Assembly (NCBI GenBank): GCA_051530055.1
Contig: CM121341.1
Location: forward strand, 8,596,784 to 8,660,783
Origin: Neoechinorhynchus agilis
Lineage: Eukaryota > Animalia > Acanthocephala
DNA length: 64,000 nt
Direction: 5' to 3'
The translations under genes were made by a program, and so were the position numbers. Below are positions 1-13,307 of the stretch, piece after piece (the stretch's first letter is position 1; each line of letters begins with the position of its first letter). Below the pieces are notes generated by a model. The model saw nothing but the letters and a program-made list of their open reading frames with translations. It did no database searches and had not been told where the DNA came from.

Positions 1-2
1 TG

Positions 3-1007
3 GCTAATTTCATTTGGGGTATAGGAATGTTAATGTTGGATTTAGTCGCTTATTTTGTTAGAGGATGGCGGAATCTTTATTTGACAGTTTATGTTCCAGT
101 CGCAATAACTGTACTCTATTATTGGATTATGAGAGAAAGTTTATTTTGGCTAGCTGTTCATAAACGACAAGCTGATGTAAATAAAATATTAACCGAAGCA
201 TACAAAATGAATTCAACGAAACAACAAGATCAAATGTTTCTTTCACTTGACGACGATATCGGACTAATAGCCGATGATTCAGAGGCCCCAACTAGTGTAC
301 CGCTGCCAAATCGGATAAAGAAAAACTTAAAAGCAATGTTTTCGTCAATTGTGTTTCCATATTCGTTGTTTTGTGGATGTCTACTGATTTCATTGGCTTC
401 TTTTGGTTACTTCGGATTAACTCTATCAGCATCCGCATTTTCGTCCAACGTCTACCTCCATTTCTTTATTACAACTATTATTGAAATTCCACAGTTTGTC
501 TCATCTAGCGTTGCAACGAAATTCTTCGGACGAAAAACTCTAAGTCTTTTCAGCAATCTTTTGCTTGTACTCATATCTATAATATTTGCTATCCTTCCTT
601 CAAGCAATAAAGAAGCTTTGAATGTCTTCAATCACATTGCAAAGTTGTCGGCAGCGGCTAATGCTGATATTGTTTGGATTTTCGCAACAGAGCTATTTCC
701 AACGAGGTACAGACAATTTGGATTAGGAATTGCGGTCTCTTGGAGTCGAATCATAACAGCTTTTAGTCCTTTCTTGAAAGATCTACTGACTTCTCAAAGA
801 CTCGTAGCTATGCTTTCGATTGGAGGTTTTGCACTTTTGGTTGCCATCCTGCTAATCTTTTTACCTGAGACAAAATACCATACGATGGCAGAACTTTCTG
901 ATATGAAGGGGCTACGACAATGTGCAAGAGAAACGTTTAGTTGGATGCCGAGGAAGCCAAAAGATGAACAAGTATCGGAGCTTCAGGATATAACAAATGG
1001 AGATTAG
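3..1007 (+). CDS. SLC22/organic cation transporter-like MFS protein, C-terminal part (5' truncated by window)
   Basis: Frame is open to the window edge (ANFIWGIGM...). It carries SLC22-type motifs AYFVRGWR..L, RESLFWL, FGRK, ELFPTRYR and LPETK plus several TM helices. No intron in about 1 kb. Confidence 0.85.
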   Translation, partial: ANFIWGIGMLMLDLVAYFVRGWRNLYLTVYVPVAITVLYYWIMRESLFWLAVHKRQADVNKILTEAYKMNSTKQQDQMFLSLDDDIGLIADDSEAPTSVPLPNRIKKNLKAMFSSIVFPYSLFCGCLLISLASFGYFGLTLSASAFSSNVYLHFFITTIIEIPQFVSSSVATKFFGRKTLSLFSNLLLVLISIIFAILPSSNKEALNVFNHIAKLSAAANADIVWIFATELFPTRYRQFGLGIAVSWSRIITAFSPFLKDLLTSQRLVAMLSIGGFALLVAILLIFLPETKYHTMAELSDMKGLRQCARETFSWMPRKPKDEQVSELQDITNGD

Positions 1008-1707
1008 TGCGAATGTCCAGGAATTGATTTAAAGAAATAAAAGGACATTTTGTGACGGATTGTAGGTAGAGATTAAAATTGACACAGCTAAGATATTTTT
1101 AAAGAAAGGTTTCCGGTTGTGTATTGGATAGCGATATTTTGCTGCACGAATAATGTAGTCGATTCGTCCAAAGCGTTCATGAGAAAAATATTTTCAATCC
1201 CTCGTCGACCGTAGTTAAGTTGTTCAATCAGCATTTGCGATTGGATTAATTAATAAGACCACATTTTGCAGATTCCGCTATCTTCAATAGAATCATCATG
1301 TCCAAAAAGTCCAGCGTAATATTGAGCTGTGAGTTCGCTGTTAAAATAGCAATCGGCTGGAATCATCTTAAACTGCTTTCTTTGTGTGCCATTCACCGTG
1401 TTCGTTTGGCCCAGGGACGATGGGTACACGGTCGGGTACTTCCAAACCGATTCTCTGCTTGGAGGATGAATTCGGCAGATAATACCCGTTCGAAATTGGT
1501 TTAAGTCGAAGGATATCAATAAGAAAGGGGCAGATGCTACAACGGGTTGTTAAAGCTACGATTCTAAATCACTGAAGTTACGATCGCAAGGCATAGAATG
1601 ATTATTAGCGATGTTGAAGAAAGCGATAATAACTCTGCCAGCATTATGGACACGACCTCCGCCGACAACGAGCTGGAACGTTGAATTTGGTAATAAAGAA
1701 TTCGATG

Positions 1708-2560
1708 AAGTCCGAAAATCCAAAACGTATTCGGTACAAGAATCACGCAAGAGACTTAGGAAATAGAGAGATATCAACAGATTTGGTTTGATGGCTTCAC
1801 AGTCCTTCACCAGTCTATTATTCAGGAATCATACAAACGACGATTTAGGGAATTGAAATTTAAAGAAAATTCCATGGAGTCCGAAAATCCAAAATGTATT
1901 CGGTGCAAGAATCACGCAAGAGACTTAGGAAATAGAGAGATATCAACAGATTTGGTTAGATGGCTTCACAGTCCTTCTGTAGTCTATTATTCAGGAATCA
2001 TACAAACGACGATTTGGAGAATTCAATTTAAAAGAAAATTCCATAGAGTCAGAAAATCCAAAACGTATAGGAAATAGAGAGATATCACCAAATTTGGTTT
2101 GATGGCTTCACAGTCCTTCTGTAGTCTATTATTCAGAAATCATACAAACGACGATTTAGGGAATTGAAATTTAATTAAAATCCATGGAGTCAGAAAATCC
2201 AAAACGTATTCGGTACAAGAATCACGCAAGAGACTTAGGAAATAGAGAGATATCAACAGATTTGGTTAGATGGCTACACAGTCCTTCTGTAGTCTATTAT
2301 TCAGGAATCATACAAACGACGATTTGGAGAATTCAATTTAAAAGAAAATTCCATAGAGTCAGAAAATCCAAAACGTATAGGAAATAGAGAGATGTCACCA
2401 GATTTGGTTCGATGGCTTCACAGTCCTTCTGTAGTCTATTATTCAGGAATCATACAAACGACGACTATGGAATTGGAATCGAAAATTTCATGGAGTCAGA
2501 AAATCCAAAGCGTATTCATTACAAGAATCACGCAAGAGACTTAGGAAATAAAGAATGCGC
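1708..2560. repeat. Tandem array of 169-bp and 141/137-bp related units
   Basis: Anchor GAGTC(C/A)GAAAATCC recurs at about 1708, 1877, 2046, 2187, 2356 and 2493. Short units lack the CGGTACAAGAATCACGCAAGAGACTT segment. Confidence 0.9.
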
Positions 2561-3463
2561 GTGATATAAAGATCGATGGTGTCAATGTCCTTTAGCTGTT
2601 AATTATGTAAGAATAATCCAAACGCCGACTGGGGAATTGAATTCCAACCAAGATTCCCTCAATAATGAGTTAGCAATATGCTCAAAGGATTGGGATTTCA
2701 CCTGCTCGAAAACAATGGCAAAGAGCAAATTGTCCTTCGCAGTTTCAGGAGATGGTTAAATGGCGTAACAAAATTAAAACTTAACAGAACGTTTCTGTTA
2801 TTCATAAGTAAATCAAAGAGGAATCAAAATAGTTTGTTTTAGTTTAGGAAAACGGAAAAAACCCCTCATAGTGCGCTCTGTGCTTCATTTAAAAAATTAA
2901 AAACGAAAAGATTGTTGATTCGAAGCTCTGAGTTTGTAATGACCGATCGAAATTTTTTGAAACTTGCAAAGTATATTCATACCTTCATCACTCTATCGCA
3001 AACTTTACGTTTCACTGAAGTCGCTTTGGACGTAGTTAAAGAAGTTGAGGAGTTGCTTATTCTTCGAGCTTTTTTATGTGAAAGATGTTTTAGTGTTCGT
3101 CAAAAGCGAAGGATTATACTAAGTAGATTCGAAAAGGAAATTGTAAAGTTAGCAGCTCCTATCTCATGTTTAGAAAGATAGAGGAAATGAATGCTTAATT
3201 AAAAGTTATTTTGAAAAGACGTGGGCGCGAGTTAGAAGGATTTTTGTAGGGAACGCCAACAACAGTTATTCGAGGAGGAAATGAAGAATGCAAGTCGGCG
3301 AAATGGAGTTATCCGACACGAAGAATTTGACTACGGTGGAACCTTTGTCAATAAATCCTTAACTGTGATCATCGCTTCAATCAATGAACGCTTTACAGTA
3401 TCAGTAACTCGCTCAAAGCACTTCTTTAGTGGTACATTGAGAAAAGTTGAATACTTAGCCGAG

Positions 3464-3752
3464 TGTCGCAGGAATACACCTGCTCGTGCGTCGTCGGTCT
3501 CTCAATTTCTTCGAGAGATCCTGGAGCAGTGCCGAGCTGCCAAGCGCTCCACACGTCTCTACTCCGAAGAGTACAAAATAGTGGGCTGTTGCTAATTGTC
3601 TATATTTTCGTACCTTCCTCCCTTCCGCTCACCTCGAGCGATTTCGAGAGAATAGGGAATGTTGCTTACTGCGAGGGTGTCCACAGACGTTGCGTCCCAG
3701 AGAAAGCATTTGCTCTCGCGCCACGGAAAGATTGAAATTCCGTCAGGTCGAC
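3464..3752 (-). mobile_element. CRE-clade non-LTR retrotransposon fragment (restriction-like endonuclease region)
   Basis: Minus strand matches the RPDGISxFPWRE.KC..WDAT.VDTLAVSN coding segment of the copies at 29.4 and 55.9 kb, and is nearly identical in DNA to 55890-56170. Confidence 0.8.
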
Positions 3753-4512
3753 AACCGGGGTATTCAAACATTCATCACTCTATCGCAAAGCTTTACATTT
3801 AAAAAAAAGGAAATACACAAATAAACGACAGCTAAAACCCAAATTACAAATTTATTATTTCCTTTTTCAGTGTATAGTTAGTAGATCTTTCAATTTTAAC
3901 GTTTGGCGATAAAACGCAAATATCGTTCAAAATGCCCGGAGCAGTTCAAATGAGGTTTTTGAATGAACGCATTCATGTAGATTTCGCTTATTTAATAAAG
4001 AAGAAATATTTTAATCAATTTTTACGATCGGTATGGTTAAAATATTCGACTTTAACGATCTATTGACCTAGCACACTTTTAATTCCTTATATTTAAGCCT
4101 AAGATCAACTTCAATTGGATATTTGGCGAACATCTCAAAGATGTATTTAAAGAAATTCAATAAAAAGAACCTGCAATAATGTTTAAAAATTATAATTGGA
4201 CGTCTGACGGGATGTAGCAAGAGCGAACTTTCCATCAAGCAAGACAAATATTGCCATAAGACGTACTTTTGGCAGTAAAAGTCATGAAGTGTATTATTCA
4301 GGTGACCTATTAGCAGCCCGAATCTAACGAAATACTTCAGTTGGGTTATGGATAAATTTTAGTTACTTTGAACTTAACGACGATTTCCAGGACTAGACGT
4401 TTATTATATTATAAGCACAACGGCAACGCATGGATCGTGTATTTATTAATACATATTTTCAACTTGTTTTGGTTTATTTTCAGGCGATTTCTCTAGAAAC
4501 GTATTTCATTTT

Positions 4513-7388
4513 TTAGAACTTTAACTTTCTCTGATGCCTGATGGTACGCTTTCGTTTTCGTTCTCTATTGATTTGTTTAAAAAGGTAATAAAACTCAACA
4601 CACTGTTGGACATTCTTGGTCACTATCTGTGTACGTTTTAAGCGGACGATTGAAACTTAAACTTAAAAGGGAAATTAAAATGCTTACCTTGTGTGCAATT
4701 GAAGAAAAGTCTTTATCGTGTAGAGTTAAAAGTCCAGCGAACGCCTGAATCTCAGTCTCGGTCCATTCGCAGTTCTCTTTTAATTTTTGAAGAAACTCAA
4801 AAGCATGAAAAACCTGCATAGATTTTTACCTGGAAAGACGTAGTTCTTGATCGGCAAGACCTTGGGTGATCGATCAATCGAACCGTTTACCATCGCTAGT
4901 GTTGCACGGTACATGTCGCCATCACAGGCGTACAAGAGATAGAGGGCTAGTTCAATGTGGTAAGGACCGGCCACAAGGGAAGATGATGAGAAGTTTACAT
5001 ACTCGTCCACTAAATTGGAAATAGTTAGTACGTAGTTCGAGAAAAATAACCAACTTGCTTCTTCGCTCATGTCTTTTTCTTCCAAGATTAAATTATCCCA
5101 CAACAAAATGTCTTCGGAATCATCGTCAACATTGAATTGATGCGGAACTACATCAGTTAAAGAGGCATTTTAAGGGAAAAACATCGATAATGATCTCAAC
5201 GTTTTAGAGCTCAATAACAAATGAGAAAGTTTTAAAAGAGTAGAGAACTCGATCATTAGACGGGAATGTATAATATGAAACGAATTTCTTAGTAACCCGT
5301 AATAAAATGGATATACTTTTAGACGAATACTAACTAAAGTCTTCTATTTTGGCTTGAAATGCTTCACCCACATTGATGTGACTAAATAGATGTTTAAGAT
5401 CGATCTTTTTGATCAAACTGGGTCTTACGGATAAACATCAGTCAATGGAGGTAAATCCAGTTCACTTGAATCTGTGATCAGTGTTTGGTGTTAAAACAAA
5501 GAAATAAAAACGCACTTTGCGATTGACTACTCGTCACATTATTGGCAGCGTTGTTGTTGTTATTGATATTACAATATAATCCGGTAGCCTTGCGTCGAGT
5601 GGCGAGGATTGGCGGTGGAGTATATGGCGGTACATTAGTATCGTTGGACGTATTAATCCAAGTGGGTGATCTAAGTTGACTGATTTTAGAAGACGCTGAT
5701 TGTCTCCGTATGCTCTCAGGAGCGAAGGTAAAAACGATTGGTTGTTCACTAGAAACTGGTTCAGATTTATGGACTTTACAGTTTCGATCAGGTTCCTTGT
5801 CAACTTCGATGTCCGCATGTACACTCAAATTGAGCAGACAATTGATCATCGATGACTCTTGTTCGCTTGTCTTCGGCTGTTCAGTGTCGACCGCTTTTTT
5901 TTGACTATGCTTCTTCAAGGACCCGGCTATTTTGTTCGAGTAACCGCCATGAAGTCTCATATGACCATATAAACCAGCCATGTTCTTGAACCGTTTTCGG
6001 CACATGGTGCATTGAACGGGTTTAGGTTCCTCAAATGTAAAGACGGTCTTTGCCTGACCCGCAGACTCAGTCATTTTGATGAGCGAATTTATTATTCGCT
6101 TTTGGTCAACTTCATCGGCATCAAAAGAAACCTTTTGAACACTACCGGCAACGTTTACAAAAATGGAATCGATGACGGGTAGATAGTCACGAAGACTCGT
6201 GTTACCGTAGACTACTTGGGCCAGAATGTGTTGGTGTTGGCTTTCTATGTGTCGTTTCAGTGATCGGGAATCACAGTAGCTCTTATAGCATCCAGGAACT
6301 TTGCAGAAGAAAGGTTTGTTCATCAAATGAGTTAAGTGGTGGCCATTCCTACGGAAAAAGCTTTAGTTTAAAAGTCTACACAAAAAAACAGTGCACTCAC
6401 AAATGATCTTGTCTTTTGAAAGATTTGTTACATTCCTTGCAGACGTACTTACGGTCTTTACTGTGAATCAGTCGATGCTTAGCCAGCGCACTTTTGCTTC
6501 CAAATACTTTGTTGCAAATATCGCAGTTGTGTTGCCCTATACACACGCGTATGAAATGAAGAGCTAGAAAAGATTGAGAAAAATCGGGAGATACAAAAAG
6601 AGAATTGCATGTTTTTCATCTTAAGTACCTTTATGGAATTGAGTTAAAAACAAAAAAGCACTCGTTTCTTCACTTAAACCGAGGGAAAAACAAATTTTTT
6701 GAAACATCAACCTGGCCAATAAGTAGTCCAAGAAACTGAGCTCGTGATAAATCTGGTAAAACAGGCAGTGGAAAGACTATAGCAGTCCTTAGGCAGCTGA
6801 ATGATGCACACCGAGACGGTGCCATGAATGATTTTCCAACTAATTTGAGTGTAGCGCTATTTAATCTTACTGGGATTATTCACATCTCTTTTTAAGACTC
6901 GTTTCAGATCACTTCAAATTCTGTAACTCACTGTTTGGTGTATGGTGTTGCGGTTGGCTATCACCATTATTGTCTGAGCCGCAATTGAGTTCATTATCGT
7001 TTATTAGGAGAGGAATTTCTCCCATTCTGTACTGCATTTGATTTGAAAAAGGTTGTTGAACCATCATTTGATGATGGTGAATGATGTTCTGATGTTCAAT
7101 TGACGGTGGTGGTGGTGGAAAAGGATTAGTGTTGGGATGTATAATCCAATTGTTAGTTTTGGCACCAGATGGCGATGCAGCACTCGTGGTCGTCATCATC
7201 ATCATCAAAGAGTGTCGCCAATGATGTATTGAACAGTTTTGAGTGATGGTTGCTCCTAGATTTGCTTCACCACCACCACCAATCGATTTGGCACAACCAC
7301 ACTCTTGTTGTGGTTCATTGTGTTTGCAGAATGCAGACGTGAACAGAGATTCCGTTCCAGCGTTAGGTGACGTTGGCATATCGTACAC
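4513..7388 (-). CDS. ZNF541: ZNF541/TRERF1/MIDEAS-family transcriptional corepressor (C2H2 fingers + ELM2 + SANT), multi-exon
   Basis: Spliced with GT-AG introns it gives CDICNKVFGSKSALAKHRLIH, KYVCKECNKSFKRQDHL/NGHHLTH, KPFFCKVPGCYKSYCDSRSLKRH, CTMCRKRFKNMAGLYGHMRLHGG, PPYTPPPIL, ELM2 HINVGEAFQAKI and SANT WTETEIQAF...VQQCVEFYYLFK. Stop TAA at 4513-4515. The exact start is uncertain (the ORF-track start is GTG). Confidence 0.88.
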
Positions 7389-7680
7389 ACCTGGATCCAG
7401 GATTTCACAAAGAGTGATCGGTACAATTTCTAGGGATCCAACGATTATTACAAAGTTCTTCTTCGAGGTCTATAGCTGAGTGATCTCGCTTTATGTCGTG
7501 CGCGTACCCCGTCAATGCTGCTTTTTTCCACACACACACCGTCTGTGTGCTGAGACGCTTGATGCTACACGTCTTTCATTCGTGTTCTACACGAGTGCTG
7601 CCGCTCAATCCGCTCGAGAGCACACAGGGATTTCGAGAAAGTCGATACAAATGAAGGCTCAAACGTGTCCCTCGAATATC

Positions 7681-7700
7681 TGGTGGCCCTTAAGAGGGCC
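7681..7700 (-). promoter_or_regulatory. Histone mRNA 3' stem-loop
   Basis: Minus strand GGCCCT-CTTA-AGGGCC-ACCA, about 35 nt after the H1 stop codon. It fits the metazoan 6-bp stem, 4-nt loop and ACCA consensus. Confidence 0.88.
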
Positions 7701-7734
7701 TATAAATCCACAATTCAGCACACACACTGAACAC

Positions 7735-8268
7735 CTAGACAACCTTAGAAGCCTTCTTGGATGTCTTCTTTTTGCTACCCACTGACTTACGGACTTTAGC
7801 CTTTTTCACAGCAGACGGTTTCCGAGCGCCCTTAGCCTGTCCCTTCTTCGTCGTCGTCGATGCAGGAACACGCTTCTTTGTACTCTGTTTTCGAGGAACC
7901 GATTTCTTCGGATAACCACCACCACCCTTGCCAACTGTTGCATTCGTAAACGTGCCTTGAGCACCATTGACGGATTTGCTCCTTACACTGCGCGTAATCG
8001 TACCGTCTTTAAGCATGTTCCTAAGACCAACTTTTAGACGACCATTAATCGATTGACAACTACGATCGGGTTTATAAGTCGCCATTATGTAATTAAGAAT
8101 CGCTTGACGACTCTTCCCAACCTTGTCCTGACCAATCGCCTCCACAATCAATGCTCTCATCGGTTTGAGCGGAGTCTTCGGTGCAGCAATCTTACGACGA
8201 GGTTTGGCCGGTTTCACGGACCGAAGCTTTGGTGTACCAGGCGGCTTGGGTTCAGCTGTTGTTGCCAT
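7735..8268 (-). CDS. H1: Linker histone H1 (177 aa, intronless)
   Basis: MATTAEPKPP start, H15 winged-helix core (LIVEAI...GKSRQAILNYI...LKVGLRNMLKDG...GAQGTF) and a K/A/S-rich tail, followed by the stem-loop. Confidence 0.9.
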   Translation of the reverse strand: MATTAEPKPPGTPKLRSVKPAKPRRKIAAPKTPLKPMRALIVEAIGQDKVGKSRQAILNYIMATYKPDRSCQSINGRLKVGLRNMLKDGTITRSVRSKSVNGAQGTFTNATVGKGGGGYPKKSVPRKQSTKKRVPASTTTKKGQAKGARKPSAVKKAKVRKSVGSKKKTSKKASKVV

Positions 8269-8373
8269 CGCTTTTGAGTGTGTGCGTGATGCTAAAAAGG
8301 TGGAGCACTGGCCGTGCCTCTTAGGTACTCGGAATTGATTTATGAATTCCATAGCATCATTACTCTGTTTCCT

Positions 8374-8378
8374 ATTGG
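8374..8378 (-). promoter_or_regulatory. CCAAT box upstream of H1
   Basis: GGGCCAATAGG on the minus strand about 105 nt upstream of the ATG, with a CATAAAT TATA-like element between. A short motif, so it could be chance. Confidence 0.35.
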
Positions 8379-11300
8379 CCCGCTAACATAAAAGTGTGCT
8401 TGTCGTAGTTGTGCCGCCAACGCAGTTTTTTTTCGGTCAAACAAGTGAACCGATTTTTCACTTTAATCCAAAATGAAAACGGAGACACAAAATGAAATAC
8501 AACCATTCGGTGGATTTTAGAAAGTTCCTATACTGACACACAAAATTGTAAAAATCACTTCTCTTTAAAACACGAAATGTGATTTTGCTTACATTCCGTT
8601 TTAATGAGGCAAATTAACATTGGAAAGTTATTTAGCTTGTTTTTTTTTGAAAAAAACTCTACACATACAAATGAGACAAATACCGGATTCCACTGAAAAC
8701 AAATCCCTCAAATGTCAAAACTGCGAGAAACATACAAAATGAGACAAAATGTTAAAATCGTTTTCTCTAAGGTTTCACGTATCAAATCTGGTTACTTGAC
8801 AAAATAAAAAATCGAATGGGTAAAAGTTTAAAAAATAAATAGAATCCTTAGTGGAATTAAAAGCGGAGGGCATGAGAGATCAGTAAAAAATCAAAATGTG
8901 CATTTTAGCAGCGGCAAAAAAAGTTACTAGATATTCCAATAGAACCATCGACTACTAGAACATTTAATCCATTGATGGACAGCAAGCGTTTAACAGTCTC
9001 GAATAAATCGAAAAGGTAAGATTAGCACTGAAAATGATTATGGAGAATATAATGAAGTTCGAACCACTCTTCTATGTTAATGTAAATTACGCGGAAAGTG
9101 GAATCGTGCATGCTAAGTTGCTTGCGGAACATTCGGATGAAAGTGTAATTTCTCTGGTGATAAAGATTCGAGATGATGCCATAGAGAGAATTCAGGCGTG
9201 CTTTACGGGTATTTTCGGCATTAAAAAACTCTAGAGATATAGAAGGTGTGATTTAGGTCTTCACGCGGTTAATAAACCTCACATATCGACATCTAGAGAT
9301 ACTATTTAATGTGAGATTAATAAAGCGGTGAAACGTTTCCAATCGATTGTGCCTTCAACGATCAACTGAAATTATAAGCATGATAAAGAGGGTTGTAAAA
9401 CGGCGAAATTTTATTGCAGAATCAAGCGAAAGTCGTATTTTTTTACATATGCAAAAAATTTAATGAAAAATAAGAATGGAGGCGAGTTTGATCTTTGATT
9501 CGTGCAGAATTGCTATTTTAACTGAATGGATTATATGTTAAGGAAAATACAAAAATTGGTAGCGAAGAAGATAGCTGAATCGAGGTAGTAATGGTCAATC
9601 CTTGCTTGGAGACGCACTTCATCTTTAATATGCAATAGAGTTCATCACCATATCTTTCGAACGAATCGGTGAGCTATTGAATCAGATACATACAGATTTA
9701 TGATATCTTGGTACTTATATTCTTTGCAGCTACAAGTTTATGCCCTCGGGTTTACAACCGTTTTAAATTAATGAGCAAAAGCGCTACAACAATATCTAAT
9801 GCTACGCTGCTAGTTTTCAACCGAAGAGAGTGTACGAGAAAATAGCGACTAATTAGGCGTCCTAAATCTCATTGTTTACAATGCAATTGTAAACAATGAG
9901 ATTTAGCCAAGCTCTTAAGTCTTTTTAATTCTAACTTTGTACCTAGAAATTGTGATCGATCTCGGCTAATGGACGTTAATGACGGAATCGATGCTTTACA
10001 CCAATGCAATTGAACAACGCAACTTTAAAATAAAGTGTTGGTCTCCATCGATATTCTAATCGTAGCATTCAAACGCTGTGTCCGTGCATTTGTGATCCCC
10101 GTAAAGTGATTAAACATTGATCTATTGAAAGGCTATGGTTGTTTGGTGAATAATAAAAATTCATTTGCACTTAAAAAGTATTTCATTCCAATATGATAGC
10201 AAATGAAGTTTCGTCAATTCCATTTATATTCATTGTAGATTTACATTTTTCCAAGTTGATTTTTAATCCTCTAGTTTGTGATACGTTTCCACGGTTAGCT
10301 ACGGGGGTGCTTTCTTGATTGTTTACCTGTTGAAGATCTTTTCGGCAATTTCGGCACACATTATGTCGTCCAGCAACTGTTTTTACCAGCATCTATTGAT
10401 TTGTGCGATATTTTGCACTTTTAAATTCGTCACAATGAAAAACTTAGAAAGTATATTGGTTAATTTGGAGGCTTCGTCTTATTGTTTGATTAGATCTCAA
10501 AGTATTCATCACTTAAAGACGTTGAATAACATATTCAAATTTTTCGAAGATGCAAAAATAGCATTCAGTCCTTGAGAAGCAAATTATGGATTTGTACTCG
10601 GATACCCTTTCGTTGACATTTCTGGACGGTATTATGAATGCTCGTTTCCTTCGGAAATATGATGGAAAGTGAGACAACTAAGCTGGATAAGAACATTGTA
10701 AATCTCTAAGGGGGTATAGCCTAAGATATAAGCACGAAATATTTACCTTGAAACATCTTTACCCAACGATGCAGAATAAAAATTTGTGCTGCATGTTTTT
10801 CCTAGCCGATTCACCTCAATTGGTGTCCAAACATTAAAATCATATTCTGAAAAGGTTTATAGTTTGAGTGTACTGGAAAACGACTCGTGGAACACCAATT
10901 ATCTCGATTTAAGCGAGGGCGAGTACCACTCAGTTTCTCACACTTGTCACTGCCCGACATCGTATTGCATCATTTTCCTTCCATAATGAAAATCTGTTCG
11001 ACTATTAATTGGTAGCGGAAAAAAACCCCTTAAGCGACAATCAAAAGGCATTCGTACTCTCGAGTAGTCAATACCAATGAATCTTTGAACACAAAATGTA
11101 CACCTACACAACAATTGTCATCGTGAACAATATTTACGAAATATTCCAATGGTACCCAGAGTCGACTTACACTCCAAAAATGTACTTTCCTTTGGCATCT
11201 CCAATGTTGACTTTGATTATGGTATCGCCAACGGCAGACAATGTTTACTTATTCGGCAACGAATAAAAATCTGAAACACATCTCTGGTAACGTTTTTGTT

Positions 11301-13307
11301 TCGGGTTTATAAAAAAAGTTCACACGTTTCCGAATGCGCCAACTTGAGTATCCTAAATTTAATCAATTATTTAAAAAAAATCAGATCTGAATTCTAATTT
11401 ATACTATTTTGGGCGCCGAAAATTAAAAATCGGCAGTTTTCGTAAATATTTATGATCACATATTAAGACTGCAAATTAGATCGTAAGACGTTGAAAGATG
11501 TAATTAGTGAGAATAAAGTTAGCGAATAAAAAATTAGATGCGTCTGAGTTGAAACATTCACTAGCAAGATTACTAAACAGTATTATGGTGCCTAACAATA
11601 TTAATCCCCCCCCAAAGATTAATATTCGGAAGTTTACAAATCATTATTGTTAAAATAAACAATATTTAAAATTTTATCGCGATTAAAAAATGTCACATAT
11701 TCTTAAAGGAATTGCTTTTAAAATCGACAACGGATAAATGCAATAAAAAATTTAAAGGTCTTTGAAAACATTTTTTACTTTTAATGATCGAAATTTTTTA
11801 GCGCTTCTAAATCAAATTTTTTCTTGAATAATTTTCTCTTGAGTCATGCTTAAAAGAGCTGAAGTAGTTTATGATTTCATTTCCGTCGTCGGCCCGCAAC
11901 ATGCACGAAATCTGACACTAAATCAGTCTTTACTTCAGTGACGTTCCACGTTCTCCTTTTCTGGCTAATTTCGAACGCACTCGATTCTCCCTTTTTCATA
12001 GACTGCCTCTCGCTTAAGTCAAGATGGCAACTGTGACTGATTCCGGAACAATAAAATAACTCATTTTTAACAGCTGCGATGCCATTTTGGCTAGATAATG
12101 TGTCGTCGAGTAGTCAGAGACGTCTAGTGTTGCTGCTGATGATGATGATGAGAATAGTGAACGGGTATTTTTTCCAAAATTGTGCCCTTCGATTTTTTTT
12201 TCAAAATTATCTGAACAAAAAAATCGTGTAATTTCACGGGGGTGAGGTGGAAGCGAGAGAGTCTGTAATAGGATAGAATAATAAGAAGGAAGCGATAAGC
12301 CGTATAACACGTTTTTCATGGAGGAACGCGTTCCCTTTTTTTATTCTGCGTTCGTAGGGAGTTTTTACACTAAGAACTCAAGGAGACGCCTTCTTCTTTT
12401 TTATCCCTGTGGCAAAATCTATCCGAGCGCGCACTGATAGACTAACGGAGAGTTGGTCGGAATCGTTCCCGAATAGGATTTTTCACGTGGCACGGAACTG
12501 TGCTCTTTGGGATCAAATGAGCGCGTGATGAAAGCGAAAATGTTAAAAGTCACCGTGGATCAGATTTCCCTTCTCGTATTTTTAGAATATATCTGTGTTC
12601 AATGTTACAGCACGGTGACAGGAGACTTTTTGACGATCGTAAGTATGACATTTCCCTCGAGGTCTTTAGTGTTTTTTATGTTAGAGAACTCTTTGACGGA
12701 GGTCTCCATGAGTGCTTAAAAAATTAGGCCACTACTGAAGACCTTCTTTTTATTGCCATTAGGTAAGATGTTGTAGAGGATGTCCTCAAGGGTAGAGGAG
12801 AACGGCATGACTAATCGCACACCAAAGCACCCATAGACACGCCACCAAGCCTGTGTAATTGACTGACAATGGGGAAGTAGTTGTAGGCTTCCTGGTTGTT
12901 TATAGAGGTCGACCATCTGACAAATAGATAATCTCTTGTTCGCTTAGCTAAATGGTTTTCGTTCTATCCATCTAAGGTAAAAAATAATTGATAAAAAAAG
13001 CTTCCAAAAAGCAACCATTGTTTCGGTCTCTGAATTTCCTCTCTTCAATTACGCCATTTCTTTGCATACACTCCCCGATTGTGCACATCGATCGCCCGCA
13101 TCGTGTTCTGTTAGGTTTTCAGACCATGAATACAGTGCCACCGCCGCCGTTCGTTTAGAATCAATCAATTGTAATAGTCAACTGCAGCAGTCGCATTGTC
13201 ACGGTAGTTGTCCTAATCTAACGTGTGACCGGTCATTGGTCAACACTTGTCCACAATTTACCAACCAATTGTCTATATTCTATCGTCTTCAATTCGGACT
13301 TTGTCCA

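Noticed and set aside
1250-1810. Protein-like minus-strand ORFs next to the 169-bp array
   Set aside because: Overlapping frames are equally plausible and there are no family motifs.
5010-5054. In-frame SWLFFSNYVLTISNL insertion in the ELM2 domain, first suspected to be non-canonical
   Set aside because: Explained by an ordinary 45-nt GT-AG intron (GCAA/GTTGGT...TTTAG/TG).
8950-12320. Short ORFs and splice-like sites suggesting a hidden multi-exon gene
   Set aside because: I could not assemble a phase-consistent model or recognise any domain. RNA-seq is needed.
12640-12916. Kinase-like words on the minus strand (LVMPFSSTLEDIL, THGDLR)
   Set aside because: Needs a frameshift, the spacing is wrong, and there is no DFG or glycine loop. 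Not distinguishable from chance.
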